DNA from: a virus
Lineage: Duplodnaviria > Caudoviricetes
Strand: one strand, 5' to 3'
IMG/VR virus record: IMGVR_UViG_3300002220_003351
Span: 8,923-72,922 of that record
Length of the DNA stretch: 64,000 bases
Both the position numbers and the translations under genes were made by a program. This document shows, piece after piece, positions 45,140-54,403 of this stretch. The first letter of the stretch is position 1, and every line of letters starts with the position of its first letter. The notes beneath the pieces were generated by a model. That model did not search any database, had not been told where the DNA came from, and saw only the letters and a list, made by a program, of their open reading frames with translations.

Positions 45140-45803
45140 GGTATGTTGCATATGCCATGAGAGCAAATTACTTTCGGCCTTTGGTAAAGATTCTCATTTA
45201 CCTGGAGGCTTAAGATCGTCTTGTAGGGTATGCCATAATAAAAAAAATAAGGAGTGGGCAGATAAAAATAGAGAACAAGTATATTTAGCCACAAGATCAT
45301 GGTATAATAAAAATATCCAACGTACCAGGGATGTTGGGAAGATTTGGCGTGATAATAACAAAGGAAAAAAACGCGAACAGATTAAAAAGTGGCAAGAAAA
45401 CAATCCTGAAAAATGGAGGGCAATGCAACGAAAAGGAAGTAAAAAGCGAAGGAGTACTATGAGCGGTAAAATAAGTGACGCTTTTTCATCAGCAATTTAT
45501 AGATCATTACGTTCAGGTAAGTCCGGCAAACATTGGGAAGAGATTGTCGGATACTCAGTAGAACAGTTAAAAGAACACATTGAAAAGCAATTTGAGCCAT
45601 GGATGTCCTGGGGAAATTACGGGAAGTTTACGTGGCACATAGATCATATTCTCCCCGTTTCTTCATTTAATTATGACTCAACTGAAAGTGAAGATTTTAA
45701 GAAGTGTTGGGCACTTAAAAATCTAAGACCACTAAGGGCGAAAGAAAATCACAGCAAGGGCAGCAAAATAATTTATGGGGACATATTAAATGCCACCAGA
45801 TAA
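45123..45803 (+). CDS. HNH endonuclease
   Basis: CCIC...CRVC; LKEHIEKQF...WGNYG...WHIDHILP...NLRPL...EN..KG; markedly AT-rich. Confidence 0.88.
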   Translation: MDEPFKVCCICHESKLLSAFGKDSHLPGGLRSSCRVCHNKKNKEWADKNREQVYLATRSWYNKNIQRTRDVGKIWRDNNKGKKREQIKKWQENNPEKWRAMQRKGSKKRRSTMSGKISDAFSSAIYRSLRSGKSGKHWEEIVGYSVEQLKEHIEKQFEPWMSWGNYGKFTWHIDHILPVSSFNYDSTESEDFKKCWALKNLRPLRAKENHSKGSKIIYGDILNATR

Positions 45804-48243
45804 TACCCCATTCAAAGTTTTATATGACTATACGGACGTCAAGACCGTGAAGAGGTTTGCGCTCTCAAATGACCGAATTCGTTGCATAATGGGGCCATTT
45901 GGAAGCGGGAAGAGCTCCGGCTGTGTCATGGAGATTGTCCGCAGGGCCAACATGCAGGCCCCCGGCCCGGACGGGATCCGGAGGACCCGGTGGGCGGTGG
46001 TCCGGAATTCCTACGGCCAGCTCAAGGACACGACCATAAAGACCTTCCATGACTGGTTTCCTCCGTCTGTTTTCGGGGAGTGGAGGGTTACCGACCATTC
46101 CTACATCATGACCAAATTCCCGGGGGTTCACTGTGAGGTCATGTTCAGAGCCCTCGATCGGCCGGACCAGGTTTCTAACCTCCTCTCCCTTGAGGTCACC
46201 GGGGCGTGGTTCAATGAGGTGCGGGAGATCCCAAGGACCATCATAGAGGCCATGGACTCCAGAATCGGGAGGTACCCCAGCAAGAGGGACGGGGGCGCAA
46301 CCTGGCTCGGGATCATCATGGACACCAACCCCCCCGACGAGGACTCCTATCTCTACAAGATGTTCGAGAAGGTGAAGCCCGACGGCTGGGCTATATTCAA
46401 ACAACCCTCCGGACTCTCGGCCCATGCCGAAAACCTCAAACACCTCCCAACGGATTATTACAAGAACCTCGCCAAGGGAAAAGACGAGATGTACACCCGG
46501 ATCTATATCCACGGGCAGTACGGGTACCTCGTCACCGGGAAGCCGGTTTTCACCTCCTTCTCGGATAACATTCATGTCGCCCCCCACATTCTCCAGCCCC
46601 AGAAGGGACTTGACGTCCTTTTGGGGTTCGATTTTGGACTCTGCTATGACAACCAGACGGAGGTTATGACGAAAGATGGATGGAAGTATTTTAGAGATGT
46701 TGTTGACGATGATCTCATAATGACCAAGAACTTTGATACGAACAATATCGAGTATCACAGGCCCCTTAAAAGGATATGTAAAAAATACGAAGGCGATATG
46801 TTTCTTTACGAGAATCATAATGTAAATTTTTGTGTTACCCCGGACCACATTATCCCTTGTAGAAAGCGGCATGGAAAGTATGGTAGGACCTTTAACGGAA
46901 ACCATAGAATATCCGCCACCGATTTATTTGACAACGTCTCGAAGCACTATGCTGTTGATGTTCGCGCCGATTGGATCGGGGATTCTTCTGGTGTGTTCGG
47001 CCCCCTTGGCTGGGATGCGTCTGTTTTCGCGGAGTTTATGGGTCTGTATTTAAGCGAGGGAAGTTGTGACAGAAAAACCAACAGGATCAGCATAGCCCAA
47101 AATAAAAATGACGAAGTATTTAATCAGATGCTGGAGCGTACTGGCCTGAGGTGGATCAGAGGTAAAAGGGCGTGGAGGGTATCAAACGAGGTGCTGAACG
47201 AATATCTATCCCGGTATGGGTATTCGCATGAAAAATATGTTCCGGAAGAGATAAAGGGCATGGATGGGAAGGAGATACGGGAGTTTATATTTGCATATAC
47301 CCGTGGCGATGGTCATGTCAGGACAAGAAGTAACGGATCTGAGGAGCATACTGTATTTACGGTTTCGCGTCGAATGGCGGGGGACTTTCAGGAGCTTGCG
47401 CTAAAGGTTGGTTGGCATGCAAAAGTAAGGGTTGTTGGTCCACAGGATTCGGTGATATTTGAAAATGGTGCAGCAAGAAAGATTCGCAACAATGGTGGCT
47501 ACTGCATCACATTCAAGAAGAGGAAAAGCCCATATTCTGAAATCATTAAGACCAATTTTTCAAAGATTCCATATTCCGGGAATGTTTATTGCCTCACCGT
47601 TCCCAACGGTACGCTCTATATTCGTCGCAAGTGGACTCCGAGCTGGAATGGTAATTGTCCGGCAGTATCCGTAGGCCAGATCACCCCGCTGGGGCAGTTG
47701 AGGATCCTCGACGAACTGGTCTCCGACGGGATGGGGTTGAGGCAGTTCTGCGAGAACCAGCTCATCCCCCTTTTGAGGCAGAAGTATTTCGGGATGAACG
47801 TCATGGGGTACGGAGACCCCTCTGGTGCGTCGAGAGCCCCCACGGACGAGACGACCTGCTTCGACATCCTCCACTCCCAGGACATCGGATTAAGGGGGGT
47901 GGAGCCCGCCCCCACAAACGCCATCATCCCCAGGATCGGGGCCGTGGAAGCCTTCCTGAACAAGATGGTGAACGGGGAGCCCGGGTTCCTTCTGTCCCCC
48001 AACTGCCACTTTTTAAGGAAGGCGATGAACGGGGGATACCATTACGAGATCGACCCGAAGTCAAAGGGCGAGGAGATCAAGCCCATTCCCGTCAAGAACT
48101 TCTCCTCCCATGTCTCCGACAGCCTCCAGATGCTCTGTTTATACATCCAGGAAAGAGAATCAAACAACAAGCGGTGGAAGTCCTTTGCGAGCCAGATGAA
48201 GCGAAGGGAGTATCGCCCTGCCAGCACGGAAGCGGGTTATTAG
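45790..48243 (+). CDS. terL: Terminase large subunit containing an intein
   Basis: MGPFGSGKS Walker A; WFNEVRE; DTNPP; GFDFGL RuvC motif; GDPSG; HVSDSLQ. Confidence 0.95.
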   Translation: MPPDNTPFKVLYDYTDVKTVKRFALSNDRIRCIMGPFGSGKSSGCVMEIVRRANMQAPGPDGIRRTRWAVVRNSYGQLKDTTIKTFHDWFPPSVFGEWRVTDHSYIMTKFPGVHCEVMFRALDRPDQVSNLLSLEVTGAWFNEVREIPRTIIEAMDSRIGRYPSKRDGGATWLGIIMDTNPPDEDSYLYKMFEKVKPDGWAIFKQPSGLSAHAENLKHLPTDYYKNLAKGKDEMYTRIYIHGQYGYLVTGKPVFTSFSDNIHVAPHILQPQKGLDVLLGFDFGLCYDNQTEVMTKDGWKYFRDVVDDDLIMTKNFDTNNIEYHRPLKRICKKYEGDMFLYENHNVNFCVTPDHIIPCRKRHGKYGRTFNGNHRISATDLFDNVSKHYAVDVRADWIGDSSGVFGPLGWDASVFAEFMGLYLSEGSCDRKTNRISIAQNKNDEVFNQMLERTGLRWIRGKRAWRVSNEVLNEYLSRYGYSHEKYVPEEIKGMDGKEIREFIFAYTRGDGHVRTRSNGSEEHTVFTVSRRMAGDFQELALKVGWHAKVRVVGPQDSVIFENGAARKIRNNGGYCITFKKRKSPYSEIIKTNFSKIPYSGNVYCLTVPNGTLYIRRKWTPSWNGNCPAVSVGQITPLGQLRILDELVSDGMGLRQFCENQLIPLLRQKYFGMNVMGYGDPSGASRAPTDETTCFDILHSQDIGLRGVEPAPTNAIIPRIGAVEAFLNKMVNGEPGFLLSPNCHFLRKAMNGGYHYEIDPKSKGEEIKPIPVKNFSSHVSDSLQMLCLYIQERESNNKRWKSFASQMKRREYRPASTEAGY
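46642..47655 (+). mobile_element. 338-aa intein with LAGLIDADG homing endonuclease in TerL
   Basis: Starts CYDNQTEV, block B CVTPDH, DOD motifs FMGLYLSEGS and AYTRGDG, block F VYCLTVP, ends WNGN followed by extein Cys. Confidence 0.93.
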
Positions 48244-48267
48244 CCGAGGGATTAAAGGAGACCTGAG

Positions 48268-50562
48268 ATGGACCAGATCAAGGAAGAGTTCCAGAAAGAA
48301 AAAAGAAACTCTGATGTCATGGAGTCCTTCGGGTTCAGGTTATGGGGGCAGTTCGAGTCCAACAAGGCCTACCGAAGGCCCAAGGAACTCGAATGGATCG
48401 AGTCCCTCCGGCAGTACAAGGGGCTCTACGACCCCGAGGTGAAGATTGAGGCCAACGCCTCCAAGGTCTACCCCAAACTCACCCGGTCCAAGCTCAACAT
48501 CGTCCTTTCAAGGCTCCACGAGATGCTCTTCCCGGAGACGGACAAGAACTGGGAGATAGACACGACCCCCGAGCCCAAGGTTTCACCTGCGGTGGTGGCC
48601 GCTATCGTCCAGGCCCTGACCCAGGTTGATGAGCAGACCGGGCAGGCGGTCCCCCCGTCCCCGGAGGATCTCGACCTTGCCATCCGGGCCTTCGCGGCGG
48701 CCACCTGCGAAAAGATGTCCTCCCAGATCGACGACCAGCTCACCGAGATAGACTACCCCGAGGAGACCAAGAAAGTCCTAAGGTCCGGCCTGATGTACGG
48801 GACGGGACTCTTGAAGGGGCCTTTGGTGGGGAAGAAGCAGAAGCGGAAGTGGGAGCCGGACCAGAAAGGCGGGTACAAGGAGCGCCTTGACGAAGAGGAT
48901 TACCCGGACCTGAAGTTCACCCGTCTCTGGGACTGGTACCCGGACATGACCGTGACCGAGACTGAGAACATGCAGGGCAGTTACGAGCGCCATGTCATGA
49001 ACAAGCACGATCTCCGGGAGCTGGCCAAGCGGGAAGACTTCTACGGAGACATCATTCTGGCATACCTCAAGGACATGCCCGACGGGGACTACGTCGCCAC
49101 GACCTGGGAAAACGACCTCCAGTTGATCGAGGTCGAGGCCGGAACCGGCCAGAGCGGGAAGACCATGGTCGCCGGGACGACCAACGACACCCGGTCCACC
49201 TACCGGAAGCTCGGGAAGAGGTACGAGGTCCTTGAGTTCTGGGGGTATGTGGACGGGGACGATCTTGAGGCGTGCGGGGTCCACGTTGAAGACCCCTCCC
49301 TTGAATACGGGGCGAACATCTGGCTCCTCGGGAAGCACGTCATCAAGGCGATGCTGTTTTCCACTCCGCTGGACCAGTACAAGGTCTTCTACTACGAGAA
49401 GGACGAGACCTCCATCTTCGGGGAGGGCCTTGCAAGGGTCATGCGGCACTCCCAGATCGCCATCGCCGCCGCCGCGAGAATGGTCCTCGACAACGGATCC
49501 TGCTGCGCCGGTCCCCAGGTGGAGGTGAACTGGAGCCTGATGACCCCGGACACCGACCTTGAGTCCTTCTACCCGAGGAAGATCTGGTACCGGGAAGGAA
49601 GGGGGGTGGACGCCCAGTACCCCGCCGTGAGGGTCTACCAGATCGACTCACACATTCCCGAACTCCTTGAGATCGTTGCCGCCTTTAAGCAGTTTGCGGA
49701 CGAGGAGACCACCCTCCCCACCTGGATGATCTCCCAGATGATGAACAACGAAACCGCCCAGGCTACCTCCGGGAGGATGGCCACGATCACCATCTCCATC
49801 AAGGACGTCGTGAAGAACTTCGACGCCTTCACCGAAAAGGTCATCAAGGACCTCTACGCCTGGAACATGGAGTTCAACCCCCGCGAAGACATCAAGGGGG
49901 ACTACTCCGTGAGGGCCAGGGGGGTCTCTTCCCTCGTCATGAAAGAGCTCCGGATGCAGGCCCTGAACCAACTGGCCACCACGATCACCGACTCCGAGAG
50001 GGACTACATCCCCGAGGGCGACTTCCTCAAGGAAAGATTCAAGGCCCACGACATCGACATCAAGCTCCGTTCCGAGGAAGAGGTCTCGAAGCTCCGGAAA
50101 GAGCGCGAGGAGTCCCTCCAGATGCAGCTCGCCATCAAGATGCAGGAAGCGGAGATCGGCTACAAGAAGGCCCAGACCATGGCCCAGCTCACCAAGGCCA
50201 AGGACAAGAACGTCGAGGCCAACATCAAGGCCCAGACCCCGATCGAACAGCCGGAAGGCTCCGATCCGAGGCTCACCGAAGAGGATATTGCCACCAAACA
50301 GACCGAAAGGCAGTCAAAAGAGGCCGAAAACCGCCGCAAAGAGGAGAAACACGCCCTCGAACTCTCCCAAAAGGACGAGGCCCACCGTGTCAAAATAGCC
50401 ACAGAGGCCGCAAGGGCTGAATCAGACATCGAAAACAAGCGAAAAACCACCGAACACTCCCTGAAAATGAAGGAGGACCTCACAAAAGCGTCCGCAGAAG
50501 CCAAAAAAACGGCCGCAAAGCAGAAACCGGCCCCCAAAAAGGCCTCCAAGGGTGTGAAGTAG
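48268..50562 (+). CDS. Portal protein
   Basis: 764 aa after terL; GLMYGTGLLKGP; FGEGLAR; TLPTW; IKDVVKNFD; coiled-coil barrel C-terminus. Confidence 0.88.
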   Translation: MDQIKEEFQKEKRNSDVMESFGFRLWGQFESNKAYRRPKELEWIESLRQYKGLYDPEVKIEANASKVYPKLTRSKLNIVLSRLHEMLFPETDKNWEIDTTPEPKVSPAVVAAIVQALTQVDEQTGQAVPPSPEDLDLAIRAFAAATCEKMSSQIDDQLTEIDYPEETKKVLRSGLMYGTGLLKGPLVGKKQKRKWEPDQKGGYKERLDEEDYPDLKFTRLWDWYPDMTVTETENMQGSYERHVMNKHDLRELAKREDFYGDIILAYLKDMPDGDYVATTWENDLQLIEVEAGTGQSGKTMVAGTTNDTRSTYRKLGKRYEVLEFWGYVDGDDLEACGVHVEDPSLEYGANIWLLGKHVIKAMLFSTPLDQYKVFYYEKDETSIFGEGLARVMRHSQIAIAAAARMVLDNGSCCAGPQVEVNWSLMTPDTDLESFYPRKIWYREGRGVDAQYPAVRVYQIDSHIPELLEIVAAFKQFADEETTLPTWMISQMMNNETAQATSGRMATITISIKDVVKNFDAFTEKVIKDLYAWNMEFNPREDIKGDYSVRARGVSSLVMKELRMQALNQLATTITDSERDYIPEGDFLKERFKAHDIDIKLRSEEEVSKLRKEREESLQMQLAIKMQEAEIGYKKAQTMAQLTKAKDKNVEANIKAQTPIEQPEGSDPRLTEEDIATKQTERQSKEAENRRKEEKHALELSQKDEAHRVKIATEAARAESDIENKRKTTEHSLKMKEDLTKASAEAKKTAAKQKPAPKKASKGVK

Positions 50563-50571
50563 AGAGAAAAG

Positions 50572-51153
50572 ATGACTCTTGACGAGAAATTGCAGATCAC
50601 GGCGAGCGGTGTCCAGGGGCAGACGCGGGAGAAGTTCGGTTCCATTGAGAAATTGTGCCAAAATGCCCCGCTGGAGGGCAGTATCATAGAGGTTGGCGTC
50701 TGGAGGGGTGGGATTGCGAGACATCTGGCCGATATTTTCCCGGGAAGGAAGATATTTCTGGCCGATACGTTCACCGGGATACCGTATGTCTCTAAGTATG
50801 ACAACCACTACCGTGTGGGGAGCTTCAGCGATGTCGACATAGAACAGGTGCGGAGCATATTCCCCGAAGAAAACGCTGAAATACTCCAGGGTATCTTTCC
50901 GGGGGAGTTTCAGGGGCGACTTGACGGGGAGAGGTTCGGCGTGGTGCACCTGGATGTGGACGTCTATCAGGGGTACAGGGACAGCCTGGAGTTCTTGTAC
51001 CCGAGAACCGTTTCAGGGGGGCTTGTTATGCTTGACGACTACAAGTGCCCGCTCACCGAGGGCGCCACGATAGCCGTGGATGAGTTCCTCTCGGATAAAC
51101 CCGAGAACGTCCTTTTCCTTAACTACCAATTCTACTTTATCAAGGAGGGGTAG
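50572..51153 (+). CDS. TylF/MycF/NovP-family sugar O-methyltransferase
   Basis: IIEVGVWRGG; ADTFTG; VHLDVDVY; MLDDY. Confidence 0.88.
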   Translation: MTLDEKLQITASGVQGQTREKFGSIEKLCQNAPLEGSIIEVGVWRGGIARHLADIFPGRKIFLADTFTGIPYVSKYDNHYRVGSFSDVDIEQVRSIFPEENAEILQGIFPGEFQGRLDGERFGVVHLDVDVYQGYRDSLEFLYPRTVSGGLVMLDDYKCPLTEGATIAVDEFLSDKPENVLFLNYQFYFIKEG

Positions 51154-51381
51154 ATGTTTCCGACGAACAAGACAAAAGCGGAGGCGATTTTCGAATTAAA
51201 CGGGATGAAGCATGATCCGGCCTGCAAATCCATGGTGAAACTGCTGGACATTCTCATTGACGAGGTCCGGATCCAGAACGACGAGGCCCCTGCGGAGAGA
51301 GTATTGGGAAATCAGGGCGAAATCAGGGCATTTATGAGGCTGAAAGAGTACATTGAGAAGGGACTCCCGACTACCAGATAA
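51154..51381 (+). CDS. Small head-region protein
   Basis: 75 aa; GGAGG RBS; typical position between portal and scaffold. Confidence 0.65.
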   Translation: MFPTNKTKAEAIFELNGMKHDPACKSMVKLLDILIDEVRIQNDEAPAERVLGNQGEIRAFMRLKEYIEKGLPTTR

Positions 51382-51656
51382 AAAGGTGCTTGACAAATGC
51401 CCGAAACCATGGGAAGATGTTCATCAAGGAGCGGAAATGCTTCCGGGGAGACCCGGATCGTGAACTTGTCCGACGGAGGGACGCTTACAGAACGAGAAAT
51501 AATCGAGATGCTGAAGACTTTGGAGTGGTGGAAGAAGAAACTTCAATCGCTCTTGCCAAAATAGTCTAAATCTCGAACACGAGATCAAAGGCTGTCATGG
51601 GGAAACCCATAGACAGCTTTTTTTGTGCAAAATAACCCAGGAAAGGAGCGCATGTC

Positions 51657-52631
51657 ATGCCAGAGACAGATCCCAATGACAGAGGGGCATTGGAAAAAGT
51701 CGACGAAGCGGATAAGGCATTTTCTGACGCATTCGATGCGGCAGGAGTAGGGGAGGCTGACCCGAATAAGGCAGCCGTCCCGGCAGAGGAGCCCGAAAAG
51801 AAGGAGGAGCCTCCCAAAAAGGAGGAGCCGCCCGCCGCAAAAGTCGACGAGAAGGCCGAGGAGGAGAAATACGAACAGCGCTACAAGTCTCTCCAGGGGA
51901 TCCACAAGCACGACCGTGAAACCTGGGAGCAAGAGAAAACGCGACTCGTATCCGAACTCGAAGAGGCAAAGAAGGGCGCTCCTAAAAAAGAGGAACCCAC
52001 AGAGAAAGAAAAGAAGGCAGCTCAGGACTTCGTTGACTCTCTTACTGACGAGCAGAAGGAGCAACTGGAGGAGTATGAGAAAGACTTCGATGTGGTTTCC
52101 AAAATGGAAGGGCTCAAGAGATCCGTTGAGCTTGCCAAACTCCGAAAAGAACTTCAAGACTGGAAAAGCGAGATTACGGAAAAGCTCGAAGAGCAGGGGA
52201 AGAAGATCATCCCTGTCACGGAGTTCGCGGCAAAAAGCGAGACGGCGGCCCACTTCAACATCATCAGGAACGGTTACCAGAGAGAGGATGGAACGCAGGT
52301 CGAAGGTCACCCCGATTTCGAGAAGTATCGGGATGACGGGTCCTTGCTGGCCTGGATAGAATCCAAGCCCAAGTACATGCAGAAATCCCTCAAGGAAACC
52401 TACGAGCATGGGATCGCCACCGACGTGGTGGATCTCTATAACGACTTCAAACGGGAATCCAACATCCAATCAGAGCCCCCCGAAGGCAAGGTCGTCGACA
52501 TCGACAAGGCCAAAAAGAGGCAGGCGCTCACTTCTGTCCCCACGAAGAAGGGGGCCGTCAACACCTCCCACAAGCTGGCCGATGACTTTGAAGGAGCCTT
52601 CGACGAGGCCCTGCATAAGCAAGGAGGGTAA
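51657..52631 (+). CDS. Capsid scaffolding protein
   Basis: Acidic coiled-coil 324-aa protein immediately upstream of the capsid gene; HPDF motif. Confidence 0.8.
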   Translation: MPETDPNDRGALEKVDEADKAFSDAFDAAGVGEADPNKAAVPAEEPEKKEEPPKKEEPPAAKVDEKAEEEKYEQRYKSLQGIHKHDRETWEQEKTRLVSELEEAKKGAPKKEEPTEKEKKAAQDFVDSLTDEQKEQLEEYEKDFDVVSKMEGLKRSVELAKLRKELQDWKSEITEKLEEQGKKIIPVTEFAAKSETAAHFNIIRNGYQREDGTQVEGHPDFEKYRDDGSLLAWIESKPKYMQKSLKETYEHGIATDVVDLYNDFKRESNIQSEPPEGKVVDIDKAKKRQALTSVPTKKGAVNTSHKLADDFEGAFDEALHKQGG

Positions 52632-52634
52632 ACC

Positions 52635-54332
52635 ATGGCGCTTACCACATACGGTAAATAAATTGCCGTAGTAAAATCTGCAAAGTGCTGGAAACCCCTA
52701 AAGCCGCCATTGCTACCGAGGCAACAATATGGAGGATGAAACAATGGGCAATCAGCAGGCGACGGATTTGGAACTTGGATGGCTGGCAGGAATTTACGAT
52801 GGAGAAGGCTATATGGGACTGACAAGACAAAATACAAAAAGGACCCGCTCTATCCGGCCGGACATCCAACTCGTGAATTGCGATCCCGATGTTATACTGA
52901 AGGCGAGGACAATCTTGAATAAGATCGGCATTAACCCCTACATACGGGAAAGAGTGCACTCCAAAAGGGGTGTCGAGTCCCAATGGAGCCGAAACTATAT
53001 CATGCAAATGTCCAAGTTTTCAGACGTGAAAAGATTCATCGACACCATAGGGAGTCTGCTCACCGGCGAAAAGAAGAAACGGGCCGAACTTATGCTGAGG
53101 CTTGTGAACAGCAGAATCCCAAAGACGAGATTCGATCACTATACGAATGACGAGCTCGCCATGGTGGATGATTATTTCACGAAGTTAAAAGGGATCAAAA
53201 TCAGAGGCAACGCAAACACCGATCACCTCAACGACTACCAAGCAGACGTCAGGATGGAAATTCTGGCGAAGGTATAGTCTGATCTCATGGGAAACCATGA
53301 GAGGCGGCAGAAATGACCGCCCGCCCGAAATGGTCAGTAAGCGAAAGCTGAAGTAACAGATTGGATATTACACCCAGGACCGCCGCCTACAACGCAGTTG
53401 AGTTGCTCAAGAGAGCGATGCCCTATCTCTGTCTTGAGAAGTTCGGGCAGGCCAAAAGCCTCCCGGGAAACAAAACCCAGTCCATGAAGTTCCGCCGCTA
53501 CAACTCTCTCGGGCTCCGGACGACTCCTTTGACCGAAGGCGTCACCCCGTCCTCCGACAAGATGACCGCGACGGACCTCACGGCAACCCTATACCAGTAC
53601 GGTGGTCTCGTGGAAATCACTGATATCATTCAGGATACCCACGAAGACCCCGTTCTCCAGGAGGCCACTGCGGTCTCCGGCGAGCAGGCGGCGAAGACCG
53701 TTGAGACCCTCCGGTACAACGTCCTCAAGGCCTGTTCCAACGTCTTCTATGCGAACTCTGTCGCGGCGAGGACGGATGTCGCCACGGTCATCACCCGTGC
53801 CGACCAGCGGAAGGTCGTCCGCGCCCTTGAGCGCCAGGAGGCACAGCACATCACCTCCATCGTGAAGTCGACCCCGTCCTTCAACACGGAATCCATCCTC
53901 CCGGCGTATGTGGGCGTGACCCATGTGGACATGACCTCGGACATTCGCGGGATGAACGGGTTCACCTCCGTGGCTGATTACGGCGGGATCAAGGCGTGGG
54001 AAACCGAAGTCGGTGCCTGCGAAGACGTCCGGTACCTCAAGAGCACGATTTTCACCCCCTACCTGGACGGCGGAAGCGCCACCACGACCGGCCTTCTCAC
54101 GACCGCCGGTGTAGGGTGCGACGTCTATCCCGTGATGTTTTTCGGGAAGGACGCCTATGGGATGATCGCCCTCAAGGGGAAGTACGCGATCACCCCGATC
54201 GTCATCAACCCCACCCCGAGCAAGTCCGATCCGCTCGGCCAGAGGGGCTCGGTGTCCTGGAAGACCATGCAGACCACGATCATCCTTAACGATGCCTGGA
54301 TGGCAGTGGGCGAATTCTGCTGCACGGACTGA
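52635..54332 (+). CDS. Major capsid protein (N4-gp56 family), spliced: exon 1 52635-52655, exon 2 53364-54332
   Basis: Joined N-terminus MALTTYG|DITPRTAAY; KFRRY; TPLTEGVTP; DPLGQRG.VSWK; GGAGG RBS before 52635. Confidence 0.92.
52656..53363 (+). ncRNA. Group I self-splicing intron (708 nt) in the capsid gene
   Basis: P1 UACGGU/GCCGUA with U.G at the splice site; P GUGCUGGAAA; Q AAUCAGCAGG 52750; R UCAACGACUA 53228; S AAGGUAUAGUCU 53269; terminal G 53363. Confidence 0.92.
52744..53277 (+). CDS. Intron-encoded single-motif LAGLIDADG homing endonuclease
   Basis: LGWLAGIYDGEG; GGAGG RBS at 52731. Confidence 0.9.
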   Translation: MGNQQATDLELGWLAGIYDGEGYMGLTRQNTKRTRSIRPDIQLVNCDPDVILKARTILNKIGINPYIRERVHSKRGVESQWSRNYIMQMSKFSDVKRFIDTIGSLLTGEKKKRAELMLRLVNSRIPKTRFDHYTNDELAMVDDYFTKLKGIKIRGNANTDHLNDYQADVRMEILAKV

Positions 54333-54341
54333 AATAAGTTG

Positions 54342-54370
54342 TTGATTTACGCCATCTTCTCTTGTAGTGT
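54342..54370 (+). promoter_or_regulatory. Putative promoter for the downstream HNH
   Basis: TTGATT, 17 bp, TAGTGT. Confidence 0.45.
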
Positions 54371-54403
54371 CATTGTAAAAGAAGTTTACGAGAGGAGGCT
54401 GGA

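Noticed and set aside
53361-54332. Capsid gene starting at TTG 53361
   Set aside because: No RBS; the TTG includes the terminal G of the intron, and the true start is ATG 52635
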